A stretch of 64,000 bases of DNA, from contig BCKZ01000001.1 in assembly GCA_001600815.1 (NCBI GenBank), positions 664,613-728,612 of the forward strand, read 5' to 3'. Every line of letters starts with the position of its first letter. The stretch's first letter is position 1. Below are positions 10,380 through 21,268 of this stretch, in pieces. Origin of the DNA: Alloascoidea hylecoeti. Lineage: Eukaryota. The position numbers and the translations under genes are program-made. A model generated the notes under the pieces. That model searched no databases. It saw only the letters and a program-made list of their open reading frames with translations, and was not told the DNA's origin.

Positions 10380-13300
10380 ATGGTGTCTTCCATACACTCC
10401 ACTAAAGATCCGGATCGACCCAAAGAAAAAGTTCTCGGACATTATGTCTTTGGAGAGCTTATCGGGAAAGGCGCTTTTGCTTCCGTCTATAGGGTAAAGC
10501 ATTCAAAAACAAAAAAATCTCTTGCCGTAAAGCAAATATCCATTTTAAACACCAAAGGAAATACAAAGGATGATGTTAACGCAATAATGATGGAGATTGA
10601 TCTCCTTAAGATCTTAAATCATCCAAATATAGTGAAATATCATGGATTCGTTAAAACTCATGAGGTATTATACATTTTCTTGGAGTATTGCGAAGGGGGA
10701 TCATTACGGGCAATTTATAAACAAAAAGGTCCACTTTCTGAACAAGAAATTATCCCTTATCTTACTCAAGTACTCCAAGGCTTGAAGTACTTACATGATC
10801 AGGGTGTTATTCATCGAGATATTAAAGCTGCAAATATTTTAATTACAAAAGATGGTTTGGCTAAACTTGCCGATTTTGGTGTTGCTACAAAAGTAAACAA
10901 CTTCAGTTCGAAATTAGGTCAATCCACAGTGGTTGGAACTCCATATTGGATGGCCCCGGAAATCGTCTCGTTGGAAGGTGCCGTAACAGCAAGGTAAGTG
11001 TATTTACTGATTTGTTTGTTTTGCTTTATTCTAACCATCTTTTTTGAAAAAGTGATATCTGGAGTCTAGGTTGTACAGTGATAGAGGTACTCACTAGTAA
11101 TCCTCCATATTTTAATCTAAACCCCATGAGTGCTCTCCATAGAATCGTCACCGATGATCATCCACCATTGCCGGATACACTTAGCAGTGTTGCTAAAGAT
11201 TTCTTATTACAGTGTTTTCAAAAACGAGCGAATATCCGAATTAGTGCTACAAGGCTCTTGACCCATCCTTGGATAAGGGGTATGAAGTCAAAACAGCAAA
11301 GAGCTCAATTGAAACCCGTACGGAATAGTTCAATCACTCTTAAAAAACAACGAAAACCTAGTCAAAATGATACCAACAGCAACTCTACTAGTAAAAAGAA
11401 TGTTGTTCTAAACGGAAGTCACATTATGAATTTAAAAAGCAATTTTATAGATGATGATAGCAATAATTGGGACAAAGATTTTGACCTTGATTCAAATAAG
11501 AAAATTCCAATAACCCTTGTGTCTCCAGAATTACGGTTACGGCACAGTTCAGGATCTAAGACGGTTAAATCAACTTCAAGCTCAGGCTCAGGTTCAAGTT
11601 CAAAACGGCATGGCTCAGGTAGTTTAACCACAAGATCTAGATCACCTTCAAAACAAAAACTCCAAACTAAATCAAGATCAAAATCGATCCTTGGACCTGT
11701 AGATTCTAGCTTACAACCTCCCTTTGATACTTCGTTAAGGTCATTTTCATCACTTTCGATTGATTCGATTGATTCTTTAAAATCAAACTCAATTAAGCTT
11801 AAAATTGATACTAAAATACCAAGGAAAACATCAAAAAGTGGTGCTTCTCTTGTATCTGAAGGGTCACCATATAGAGACAATGACACGGAGGATTATTCAG
11901 ACTTATTGGGTGATATAGATGAACTAAGATTGAGCAGACTATCTCCCCATAAAAGATCAAAATCCCCTACTAATACTGCTCACCCATCTTTACCAAAGAA
12001 AAACCCAATACCATTACAACAGCCAGTAGAAAATTATCTTAAGTCACAATTGAGGTCTTTTGTTGAAGAAGACACAAATTCTGATTACTCGAGCGCTTTC
12101 CAAGAAACGAGTAGTATAACAGAAGGGAAATTAGTACAAAGTGGTACCCAAGAGGAAGAGGAAGAAGACCCATTTCTCTCAAGTACTTTTGATGATGAGC
12201 CATTTGCTGAAGAAGATTTTGCAGTTCCTGACGATTCAGAAAGAAATGGTTTACGAAAAGCAATTGCAGAAATGGAAATTTTAGTTTTAGAGTTGAGTTC
12301 TTCGACTACAAACTCCAGATATGATTTAAATGAAGATAAAATTCAATCAATTACAGCTTCAATGCAATATTATTTAGAAAAATTTGGAGAAGTACGGAAA
12401 ACTATTGTTAAAAACCATGGAATTTTACCGATATTAGAAATTTTAGAAATGACCAGTTCTAATCCAGAAATATCCTATAGATTGCTTTGCATTATTAACA
12501 ACATTTTGGAAAACGATATATCATTACAAGAAAACTTTTGTTGTATTGGTGGGTTACCAATAGTGACTAGTTTTACAAATAATAACTTTAGTAATAATGT
12601 TCGTTTACAAGCAGCCAAATTTGTTGATCAAATATGTCAATCAGAATCAAAATTAGCATTACAAATGTTTATTAGTTGTGGTGGACTTTATTTATTAAGT
12701 GATTTCTTAGAAGAAGATTATTCAATTCTGCCAAGTTTCCCGTTAACTGGTATATCTGGTATTTATAAAGCATTCCATTTTAATTCAATATCAAGTTTAA
12801 GCTTAAAAAATGATTTTTGTCGAATTCTATCGCGAAAACATATATTGGAATGGTTAGCGATTACATTATATGAATTAATGAAAGAGGAAAGAGTACTATT
12901 AAAAAGCCAAAACCAAAACTTAAATTTAAAGGATAATTCATCACCTAGTACTACAATTAGTAAAATATTTTCAATTTTTAATTTCTTTTCACAATCAGAG
13001 GCTTTTGTAAAAGAAACAGTTGCAACATATAACTTATTCCGGTCAATATTTCAAATATTTAGTTTTTTCACTCAACAAAATAAAATTATCATGCTTCGTT
13101 TTATTAAATCGTTATCTTGTGTTCCAACCACACTTGATGTTTTACAAGAATCTAATACAATTGAATTTATGTGTGATTTGTTACAAGATATTACAAAAGA
13201 TAAAACAGATGATAATCTTGTTCAATATAAAGAATCAGCAAATAATATTTATCATATTCTATACAACCTATGCAGATTAAATGTTAAAAGACAAGAGGAA

Positions 13301-14368
13301 GCTGTTGAATTTGGAATTGTCAAATATTTACAAATGCTAGAAGGAACAAACTATCCATTTAAAGAATTTGGTTTACCAATATTATGTGATTTAGCACATT
13401 CGGGTAAGAAATGTCGAAATGCTTTATGGGCTAATAATTGTATTGATACATATCTTGCATTATTAAGTGACCCTTATTGGCAAGTGAATAGTCTTGATGC
13501 GATTGTTGTTTGGTTACAAGAAGAACCAGGAAAACTTGAAGAAAAATTGTTAGCATCTAAATCGATCAAAGCATTTATTGATGGTTTTACATTACCAAAT
13601 GCTTCATCATTTGAAAATTTCTTGGATCCTTTTCAAAAGATTTTAAGAATATCATTTAAAATATGTGTCTCTTTAATATGCCCACCGTTAATTAAACAAA
13701 TCGGATTTAAATTGGGTAGTACCTCAAACTCATTTGTTCAATTAAATTTATTACGTATTTTGAAGTTATTAATTGAGGCTCGCAGTATGAGCTCTGATAT
13801 TACAACAAATGCTACGGCTGAACCGTTAATTCGGAAATATGATATTTACGATAATATCCATGGATTGATTACTTCATCTGGTCTATTGGTTAAGGAACTG
13901 GCAAAAGAAATTATTTATATTTCAAGGGATTCAACAACTAAAAATGATTATAGTCGACATAGTAATTCGAGTTCCAGGCCAGGATCTCCAAAAAGAAATA
14001 AGGAGGAAGAAAAGTTGCAATTGCGCGGGCGCAGACACCACAGAAAGGATAGTAATTACAGCGCTAGTAAAGGTCGTGAGAGTCCCGATCATTATCATTC
14101 TAGAGAAGGTAGCGAATCACCAACAAAAGCCCCTAGGATGGGATTTGATTATAACATGTGGGATGTGTCACAAAACCATAGGTCAACAACTTCAATGGCA
14201 CCTCTACCGCGGATTGGCTTAAGAATAAGCCCGTCAAATTCACCAGACAGACGATCACAAGATGGTACTAATATTTTAGAGAGTAGTGGAGGTTATAAAT
14301 TAGAGGCAAAATTAAAGGAGTTGAATTCAAATTTATTTAGAGACAAATCTAAATATGTCAACAATTGA
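10380..14368 (+). CDS. CDC15: Cdc15/Cdc7/SepH-type STE kinase of the mitotic exit network, ~1309 aa, 2 exons (10380-10993, 11053-14368)
   Basis: N-terminal kinase (GKGAFASVY, EIDLLKILNHPNIVKYHGF, HRDIKAANIL, DFGVAT, VVGTPYWMAPE). Intron 10994-11052 (GTAAGT..TTCTAAC..AAG) restores TAS/DIWSLGCTVIE. C-terminal ARM-like region (ENFCCIGGLP, LQMFISCGGL, KEFGLPILCDLAHSG, DPYWQVNSLDAI). Confidence 0.92.
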
Positions 14369-14411
14369 TTTTCTAAGTAATGTAAATATGAAACATTTAT
14401 TTCCAATTTAT

Positions 14412-14734
14412 GATAATTATAATAGCCATTCCAAATGCTATAGATTGTAATTTTGTATAGGAGCACATTGTTAACTCTAAATCTAGAATATGTCTCTGCA
14501 TATTGTGGGGTTTGAGCCATTTCTACCACCAAAAATATCTAGACCTCATGTTTAACCTCGATGGAGAATCCGAAAAGGGGGATTCTAATGCAGATGAATT
14601 GAAAGAATATTATTGAGAGCTAGATATTTTTGGTGGCTCAAACCCCACAATATGCAGAGACATATTCTAGATTTAGAGTTAACAATGTGCTCCTATACAA
14701 AATTACAATCTATAGCTTTTGGATTATAATTATC
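14412..14734. repeat. Long inverted repeat (fold-back) between convergent CDC15 and the AGC kinase gene
   Basis: 14437-14519 is the exact reverse complement of 14634-14716 (83 bp). A further 14-bp stem (14529-14542 with 14620-14633) follows a 9-nt bulge. An outer stem GATAATTATAAT (14412-14423 with 14723-14734) lies beyond a 7-nt bulge. The spacer is 77 nt. Confidence 0.97.
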
Positions 14735-14914
14735 TAAGAAGGATGCAGCATATAATTTAATCTGCAGGCTTAAAGTTTAAAATTTAAAGGAACATAATTA
14801 ATAGTACACATAATGTTTGGAAATGGGCATAATTATTCTCTTCTATTCTGTAGAACTAGAGATTTAAGATTGTAATTATTATGATGATTGCATATATTTA
14901 ATCACTGATTAGTC

Positions 14915-16915
14915 TCAATACCCGTTAAGATCATTTGAAAATGAAAATCCAGCAAAATGTTCACGTCTGCCTTTTTCGCCCAAGTGGTGATCGCATCCTT
15001 CATCCACAAATTTACCGTCTTTCATTTTTCCAACAGTTTTTTTATGTTCTTCAATTTCAAAAGATACAGTCTCCTTACTTTCAGCCTGATCATTGGTCAT
15101 TAAGTCTAAACTAATATTTTTTGGTGGTAATAATCGCAGATTTGCAACATCATCCCAATTTACCTTTTTAAAATAGCTGTGATGCTTTAGCTCCGAAGCG
15201 CCATGTTTATAACCGATTCTCTTCACATGATCTTTTAGTAGTAAGGCATTAATAAAAGACTTGCCACTATTTGAGATATATAATTGGCGAGGTATACTGA
15301 ACTTACCTTTCAAGATCTTTTCAAATAATTCTGTTCTAGTATCAGCTGTGAAAGGAACATAGCCACAGATCATTTCAAAATATATAATTCCTAAGGACCA
15401 AATATCGACCGAGTAACGATAACCATCGTTTTGTCCATAATATGCATTAATCATTTCTGGTGCTAGATATTCAAAAGTACCGCTCATTGAAGTTGTTCTC
15501 TTTGTTTCATCTAGCATCCCACTTTTAGAAAGGCCAAAATCACATAACTTCACATGTCCTGTATCTGACAATAGTACATTCTCTGGTTTCAAATCTCTGA
15601 ATATTATACCAGCATTGTGTAACAACTCTAAGGCAGATAATAATTCCATAAGATAGAATTTGGCATCGGCTTCTTTGAATCTTCCATATTTATCCAAATA
15701 ATGAAATAATTCCCCTCCCTTAATATAATCTAAACCAATGTAGCAGTTATTCCTGGTTTGTAACGCAAATTGAATATTAACCAAAAAAGGTGATGGTTTA
15801 CCATGCTTGATTGATAAGCATCTAACAAGATTATTGCGTTCTTTCAATGATAGAGGCAGGTCATTGTCATTGGCCTCTTGGTTAAAGTGATAACATTTTG
15901 ACTGTCTCTTGACTGCATATAACCGCCCCGTTGGTTTATATTCCCTTAATTCAACGATTCCCGAACCTCCAGTTCCAAGCAGTTTCTTAAAAATTAGATC
16001 TTCAAACTTTACGTTTTTATTCATCGACTTTAGATTCAATTGTAGTAAAACCTTTTTATCTACTACATCCTCATCTTCCTTCCTCAGATTACACCATTTG
16101 CGGCATATAATATCATCCTCTACATCTTCTGAAGTATATTCTATTGATCCCAAATACTCCTGATGAGTACTTAGAATATAAAACTTGATAGTTAATTGAT
16201 ACTCACCAAACACTTTAAAAACTTTTGTTGCTGCTCCACCTTTGTAATTATATGTTAAAGTGCTTTGATATTTCTGTGAAGATATTGGCTTGTTTCCAGA
16301 GAATTGACACATATATGACTTAGGATATCCATTACTATCCGAAGTAACCACAACAATTTCAACTAAAACTCTTGCATTCATTTCAGATTCCAGTAAAAGT
16401 CCAATTGTCTTTATGATTGATATTGTCAAAATTTTAGTTGGCTGGTGATTCGATTCAAATAAAGCCCCAGATGATGAGGAAATTACAGAATCCCTAAAGT
16501 TTTGATCAAGATTATAATTGCTATTAATTTGATCAGCACTAACCTTTGACTTCATAGCTATTGAATTTTCGTCAATTTTACTGTCTGACCTCCATGTCTT
16601 AAAGGAATGTATATTCAGTCTTCCTTTTCTTCGCGATCGATTGAATATAAAGCTTTTGCTTCTTTTAAATGTCCCGATATCTGACTTACTTTGAGTTCTC
16701 GGCATAAGGTTTAAGCTAGAAGTTTTTGGCTTATCATTGTGTTTTTGATGTGTAAAAGAATCGCTACTTCCTGATCCGGTATAATCATCTGTGCTGGTAC
16801 TAGTTCCATGGGTAGGATTCGATATCGATGGTCTCCTTTTATATAATCTGGTCCTTACTGATAATCTTTTTATCTTCCCTCTTAGTTTTAGTGAGAAGAA
16901 ATTGTTTAGTGCCAT
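14915..16915 (-). CDS. AGC-family Ser/Thr kinase, divergent Sch9-like (C2-like region + kinase + hydrophobic motif), 666 aa
   Basis: RLYAVK, ERNNLVRC, SPFLVNIQFALQT, GGELFHYL, FRDLKPENVLL, LCDFGLSK, GTFEYLAPE and C-terminal HFAGFSF. LCDFGLSK and FAGFxF resemble Sch9. Confidence 0.85.
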   Translation of the reverse strand: MALNNFFSLKLRGKIKRLSVRTRLYKRRPSISNPTHGTSTSTDDYTGSGSSDSFTHQKHNDKPKTSSLNLMPRTQSKSDIGTFKRSKSFIFNRSRRKGRLNIHSFKTWRSDSKIDENSIAMKSKVSADQINSNYNLDQNFRDSVISSSSGALFESNHQPTKILTISIIKTIGLLLESEMNARVLVEIVVVTSDSNGYPKSYMCQFSGNKPISSQKYQSTLTYNYKGGAATKVFKVFGEYQLTIKFYILSTHQEYLGSIEYTSEDVEDDIICRKWCNLRKEDEDVVDKKVLLQLNLKSMNKNVKFEDLIFKKLLGTGGSGIVELREYKPTGRLYAVKRQSKCYHFNQEANDNDLPLSLKERNNLVRCLSIKHGKPSPFLVNIQFALQTRNNCYIGLDYIKGGELFHYLDKYGRFKEADAKFYLMELLSALELLHNAGIIFRDLKPENVLLSDTGHVKLCDFGLSKSGMLDETKRTTSMSGTFEYLAPEMINAYYGQNDGYRYSVDIWSLGIIYFEMICGYVPFTADTRTELFEKILKGKFSIPRQLYISNSGKSFINALLLKDHVKRIGYKHGASELKHHSYFKKVNWDDVANLRLLPPKNISLDLMTNDQAESKETVSFEIEEHKKTVGKMKDGKFVDEGCDHHLGEKGRREHFAGFSFSNDLNGY

Positions 16916-18397
16916 AATTGAGCCTAATTATATAAATATTTAAAAGGGCCGAAGCCGAGAGAAGAGAAAATTTTCAATTTTGGTAATTATAAGGTGAGGG
17001 AAAAACAGCTACATTTATCAACCCAGTAATTAAGTAATTGGAATGATTGTTGTCATTATGACAATAATTAATTATCGCCTTTATTTACAATTAATTGGGA
17101 GTGTTTAGTGATATGTGGACCTGCAGAATGTTTCTAGCTAGATTGTACAGATTTTGCAATTGACTACCCATCAATATCATTAATACGCGTACGGCCAGCC
17201 ATCAATTGCGATTGCAACGGAACAGGAGAATTGTAATTGAAATTGACATTTCGATGAAATACCACACATTTTTGTATTCATTAATAATATTTTTTGAGCT
17301 AAATATAGCCCAATTGCATCGCATTATTCAACCTATAGCTATAACTTGTCCTTACAACCTAGGTCGGTAATTAGTGATCCCTGAATGCCAAATTATATAA
17401 TTACTGGTACCAACTAATATAATCATAATATTAATATTATACTACAAGATAAGTCTTATATCTATAATTTAGTTATAAACAACTGAAACGTATAACTCTA
17501 GATATTTGTATATAAACTCATTTACGAGTTGTATCAAGTTTCTCGCCTGTTTTTTTGGTTACCTCCAACTAATTCAGAACTATCGATAAGTCTTATTTAA
17601 AGGTAATTTGAGCTTGTAGATCACACCGACCAATTATCTTATCAGAAAGTGAAGTTAATATTCAGTATCTATTTAAATCTCTAAAGTGTTCCTAGATTAA
17701 GCTTAATTATAAGCGATCCAAAACCACCTTTTTCAATATTGATAGATGCATGGTTCAGATAAATAATTCAACCTACTAATTATATATATACAACAGTGAC
17801 TTTAGTTTTTTGAGTAAAAAGTAAGTCCGAATAGATACTCTGTATGATTGTTCTTCGATCTCTTAAGCTTTATTACCAATCAGTTAAAAGTGTGGCAGAC
17901 TTGTTTATATTCATGTCTGAATATCCCGAAAAAGCTCTTATAATTACATTTATATTTACATGATGGTGAAGATCTCTAAGAAACGGTGTTAGGTCAACAG
18001 ATGCTTTTTGTTATTGCAATTGTAAATCTCTTTTCAGCAAGAGTACTTATTATTTCCAAACTTGTTCAAGAAAAGTTAAAACTCAACATTAGACAGGGTT
18101 AAAGTTGAAGACAGTGGATTGTCATCTTACACCTCTTTCCAATGAAAAAGATGGGGCTAGTCTTATAAGTTGTAAGATTCATATCCTACTTATTTTTTTT
18201 TTGGCCTAATAATATTTTATTATAAACTATTGCAATTGTTAAAGTTAATTAGTTATTCAATAATATTCATATATTATCTCAGATAATCTTTTTGAAGAGA
18301 ATATAATGCGATTTGAGATTGATACAAGAGATTCAACCATTGTGCCATGGAGTGCCCATACCAAAAAAAATCACGAAATTCTTTTCCCGGAAAAAAG

Positions 18398-18469
18398 TAG
18401 CGGCGCTCGGTTTCGATCCGAGGACATCAGGGTTATGAGCCCTGCGCGCTTCCGCTGCGCCACGCCGCT
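18398..18469 (-). tRNA. Initiator tRNA-Met (CAT)
   Basis: Reverse complement AGCGGCGTGGCGCAGCGGAAGCGCGCAGGGCTCATAACCCTGATGTCCTCGGATCGAAACCGAGCGCCGCTA. Shows the A1-U72 pair, GGG/CCC anticodon stem and GATCGAAA T-loop of eukaryotic initiators, followed by a T6 Pol III terminator. Confidence 0.98.
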
Positions 18470-18634
18470 GAATTCTTATAGTTGCCAGAAATAAGTTATA
18501 TTCACGATATCATTAGTAAACCGAAGACTGGCTACGTAAATAAACGAGTGGTAATTACTACAGATTTATGTGTCATGTGACATAGATAAATCTCTCACAT
18601 TATATCATGATCACTAGAGGATTATTTATTGTCA

Positions 18635-19484
18635 ATGTTAATTGAGGACAGTTTTGAAATAGATGATGAGATAAAAACTTCATTCATTACCCAAAAACAG
18701 TTTAATTTGTGCTGTCATTATTTTGTGGAGAGGTTTGATCGCATCGATCACAATGATAATTGGCAGATGGAATTAAAGAGTTTGGTATGCTTAAATTGTT
18801 TACTTATTTTGTTAAATGAACTAAATATTAACTTGCTTATCATATTTGTAAAAATTGGATTAAAGCGAAAGTTGTCTTATATTGAAATTATAAAGCAAAT
18901 TAATATTTCAAATAATGATAAGGTTGACTTAAATTTAAGTGAATCAGCATCATATCAACTTGCAATAAGGATAATATATCATCCAAATTATCAATTGCCA
19001 GTCCTTTACTTTAACATGAAGATATTGGAATATAATACATACTATGATGAGGATGATTGTGAACTCGAAATGGAAATTGAAACAATATCACTCGATTTAT
19101 TAAAAATTATTAAGATTTTAAATTTTGAGAAAGAAAAAAATAGCAATGGAGATAGTATTTATGAAGAATCTGGTTTAGAATTATTGAAAGGGAATATTAC
19201 ACCAAATGTAAGTTTATTCAATTTCAATTGAACTTTCTTTCTTTCTTTTTGCAATTTTTGTTTTTCCCATATATTGACGTACCCATTAGGATGATACATT
19301 GTTTAATATGCCTAATCTTTTCATACACCCATGTCAAACAGGTGAAGTTTTGCAAGAAGTAATCGATGAAAAACGAAATACTAATGATCACTTTAAAACA
19401 AGTGATTATTTGCCATTATGGTTATCGATTTATGGTAAAGTTTTAAACCTTGATGAACTTTTAGCATTACGATTATACATGTAA
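18635..19484 (+). CDS. ATG10: Atg10-like E2 enzyme of Atg12-Atg5 conjugation (well-supported intron 19208-19289; probable in-frame intron 18785-18865)
   Basis: IIYHPNYQLPVLYF motif. Splicing 19208-19289 (GTAAGT..TATTGAC..TAG) gives ITPN/DDTLFNMPNLFIHPCQT with the catalytic HPC. C-terminal YLPLWLSIYG. The short length favours Atg10 over Atg3. Confidence 0.8.
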
Positions 19485-20391
19485 TAATAATTCAAGTTAT
19501 CATTTTTTTTTTCAATATCGACATTTTAAGCCTGTCATATTGCGTTATGGTGATGGTCCTAATACAAGGCTTTAGATTATTTCACAAAGTCCGAAATATC
19601 ATTGCCTTTAATCATAACTTATCAAAGTTTCCTCAGTTTAAACATTACAATTAACTAAACACTATTATGAAAACCATGATCAAGATCAGTCCCCTTCCTA
19701 ATCTTATAAGCAAAGTTTAGAATGCTATGTATATTAATATAACATATTTAATAATTGATGGGAGAACACAAGGGATCCTAATCTAATATAGTTGAATGAT
19801 GGTCATAATTTTATATCTTTATTCCACCTACCTTCCTTAACTACAGTATTTATTAAAGGTATTGTGGAAATTTATTGATGAACTACAAGATTTAATCATA
19901 TGCAATTGTTCCCGAAATTGATGCCTTTAAAATTTAAAGCATTGAGCCGATGACTAAAATGCATACTAGCTAAAGTTTTGTTAATTTAAAAAATAATACC
20001 CAGGAATAGACAGCATTAATTAACGTTTATCTGACCCAGTGAAAGATTCTTCTCAGAAGAAGTCATAAGCGAACTGAATTGTCGAAGTCCGGGACACGAG
20101 CTTCCGATTTCTTGATCATGAAGTCTCCTGCAGTGACGAATTGCTCCTCAGTCTCCTCCAAAGTGGCGTTTGAAGTAAATTTTCAAGTCTTCCTTTGGTT
20201 TCTAGTCTTGGGGGAATTTTCAGATACAGCTTAAATTAATAAATTTATAATAATAATAAGTAGTCAAAATATGCTGTCAAAAGACATCGACTGAGAGTTA
20301 TTTAGATTGTAAGTTACCCTACACTAGTTGTAATTACTACGTAACCCGACCCTTTCATTTAAGTATCAAGACATATTTAGAACGATTCAAA

Positions 20392-21268
20392 ATGGCAACA
20401 CCAGCTCAGATCAGACTACAAGTACGGAACTTAGAATCACAAACTGAACTCTTGTTAGGCTTCTATTCAAAATTTCTTCAATCCACAACAACTTCAGCAA
20501 ACCAAGCAGAATTAAATGCTGAAAAGGAATTACAAGATATCTTGAAAAACGTAAGAATATCCAAAATATAATAGTATATATGATACAACTAATACTGATT
20601 ACTAAACTACTATCTTTTTCTCTCTCATTTTTTTTTCTTTGCTTCTTTTTTTATTGTTTTATTTGTAGAGGCAAGATTCACTTGAGCAATTAAGAAGAGT
20701 AACAGAACAGGATAATAAAGTCCCAGCAACGAAACTACAACAATTACAACGACATACAGAAATATTAAACGATCATAAAAGAGAATACTTACGTATTAAA
20801 GAAAATATTCAACAAGAACGAAATCGATTAAACTTATTGTTTTCAGTTAGAAATGATATTGAAACTCATCGTGCAAGATCAACCCCGTCAAATAATGGTA
20901 GAACAACGGCAGAAATGGAAGAAGATTATATGCTCCAAGAAAGATCTATGGTTGATAATTCAAACAATTTAGCTGATAGATTATTGGCACAGGCTTATGA
21001 GACACGAGAAGAGTTTTCGAGGCAAAGTGCTACGTTAGCTAATGCTCAAAGAAAAATGTTTACAGCGCTTTGTAAGTAATAGTTTATGCAAAGAGTGATT
21101 CGTTTACTAAAAATGACGAAGGATTACTAACAATCTACTTTTCTTATAGCACATATACCCGGTATCAACACAATTATTTCTAAAGTTAACATGAGGAAGA
21201 AGAGGGATAGTTTAATTATTGCATCTTTAGTCACTGTCTGTATACTATTAGTACTTTTCTTCCGTTGA
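20392..21268 (+). CDS. GOS1: Golgi Qb-SNARE Gos1, 3 exons (20392-20550, 20669-21071, 21150-21268)
   Basis: Introns 20551-20668 (GTAAGA..TAG) and 21072-21149 (GTAAGT..TACTAAC..TAG). Spliced protein has LQRHTEILNDHKREYLRIKENIQQERNRLNLLFSV, QAYETREEFSRQ, IPGINTIISKVNMRKKRDSLIIASLVTVCILLVLFLR (C-terminal TM). Confidence 0.93.

Noticed and set aside
11419..14532. Alternative-frame and antisense ORFs within and after CDC15
   Set aside because: Shadows of a well-supported gene; the 14293-14532 ORF merely runs through one arm of the inverted repeat.
18306..18494. 62-aa ORF
   Set aside because: Overlaps the initiator tRNA gene on the opposite strand; spurious.
18571..18582. CDEI-like GTCACATG (minus strand), and TCACGTG at 53414, as point-centromere elements
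   Set aside because: No properly spaced AT-rich CDEII plus CDEIII follows; more simply Cbf1-type promoter sites.
20030..20230. RNase P or MRP RNA
   Set aside because: Partial resemblance to conserved regions, but I could not build the P4 pairing; kept only as an unexplained island.
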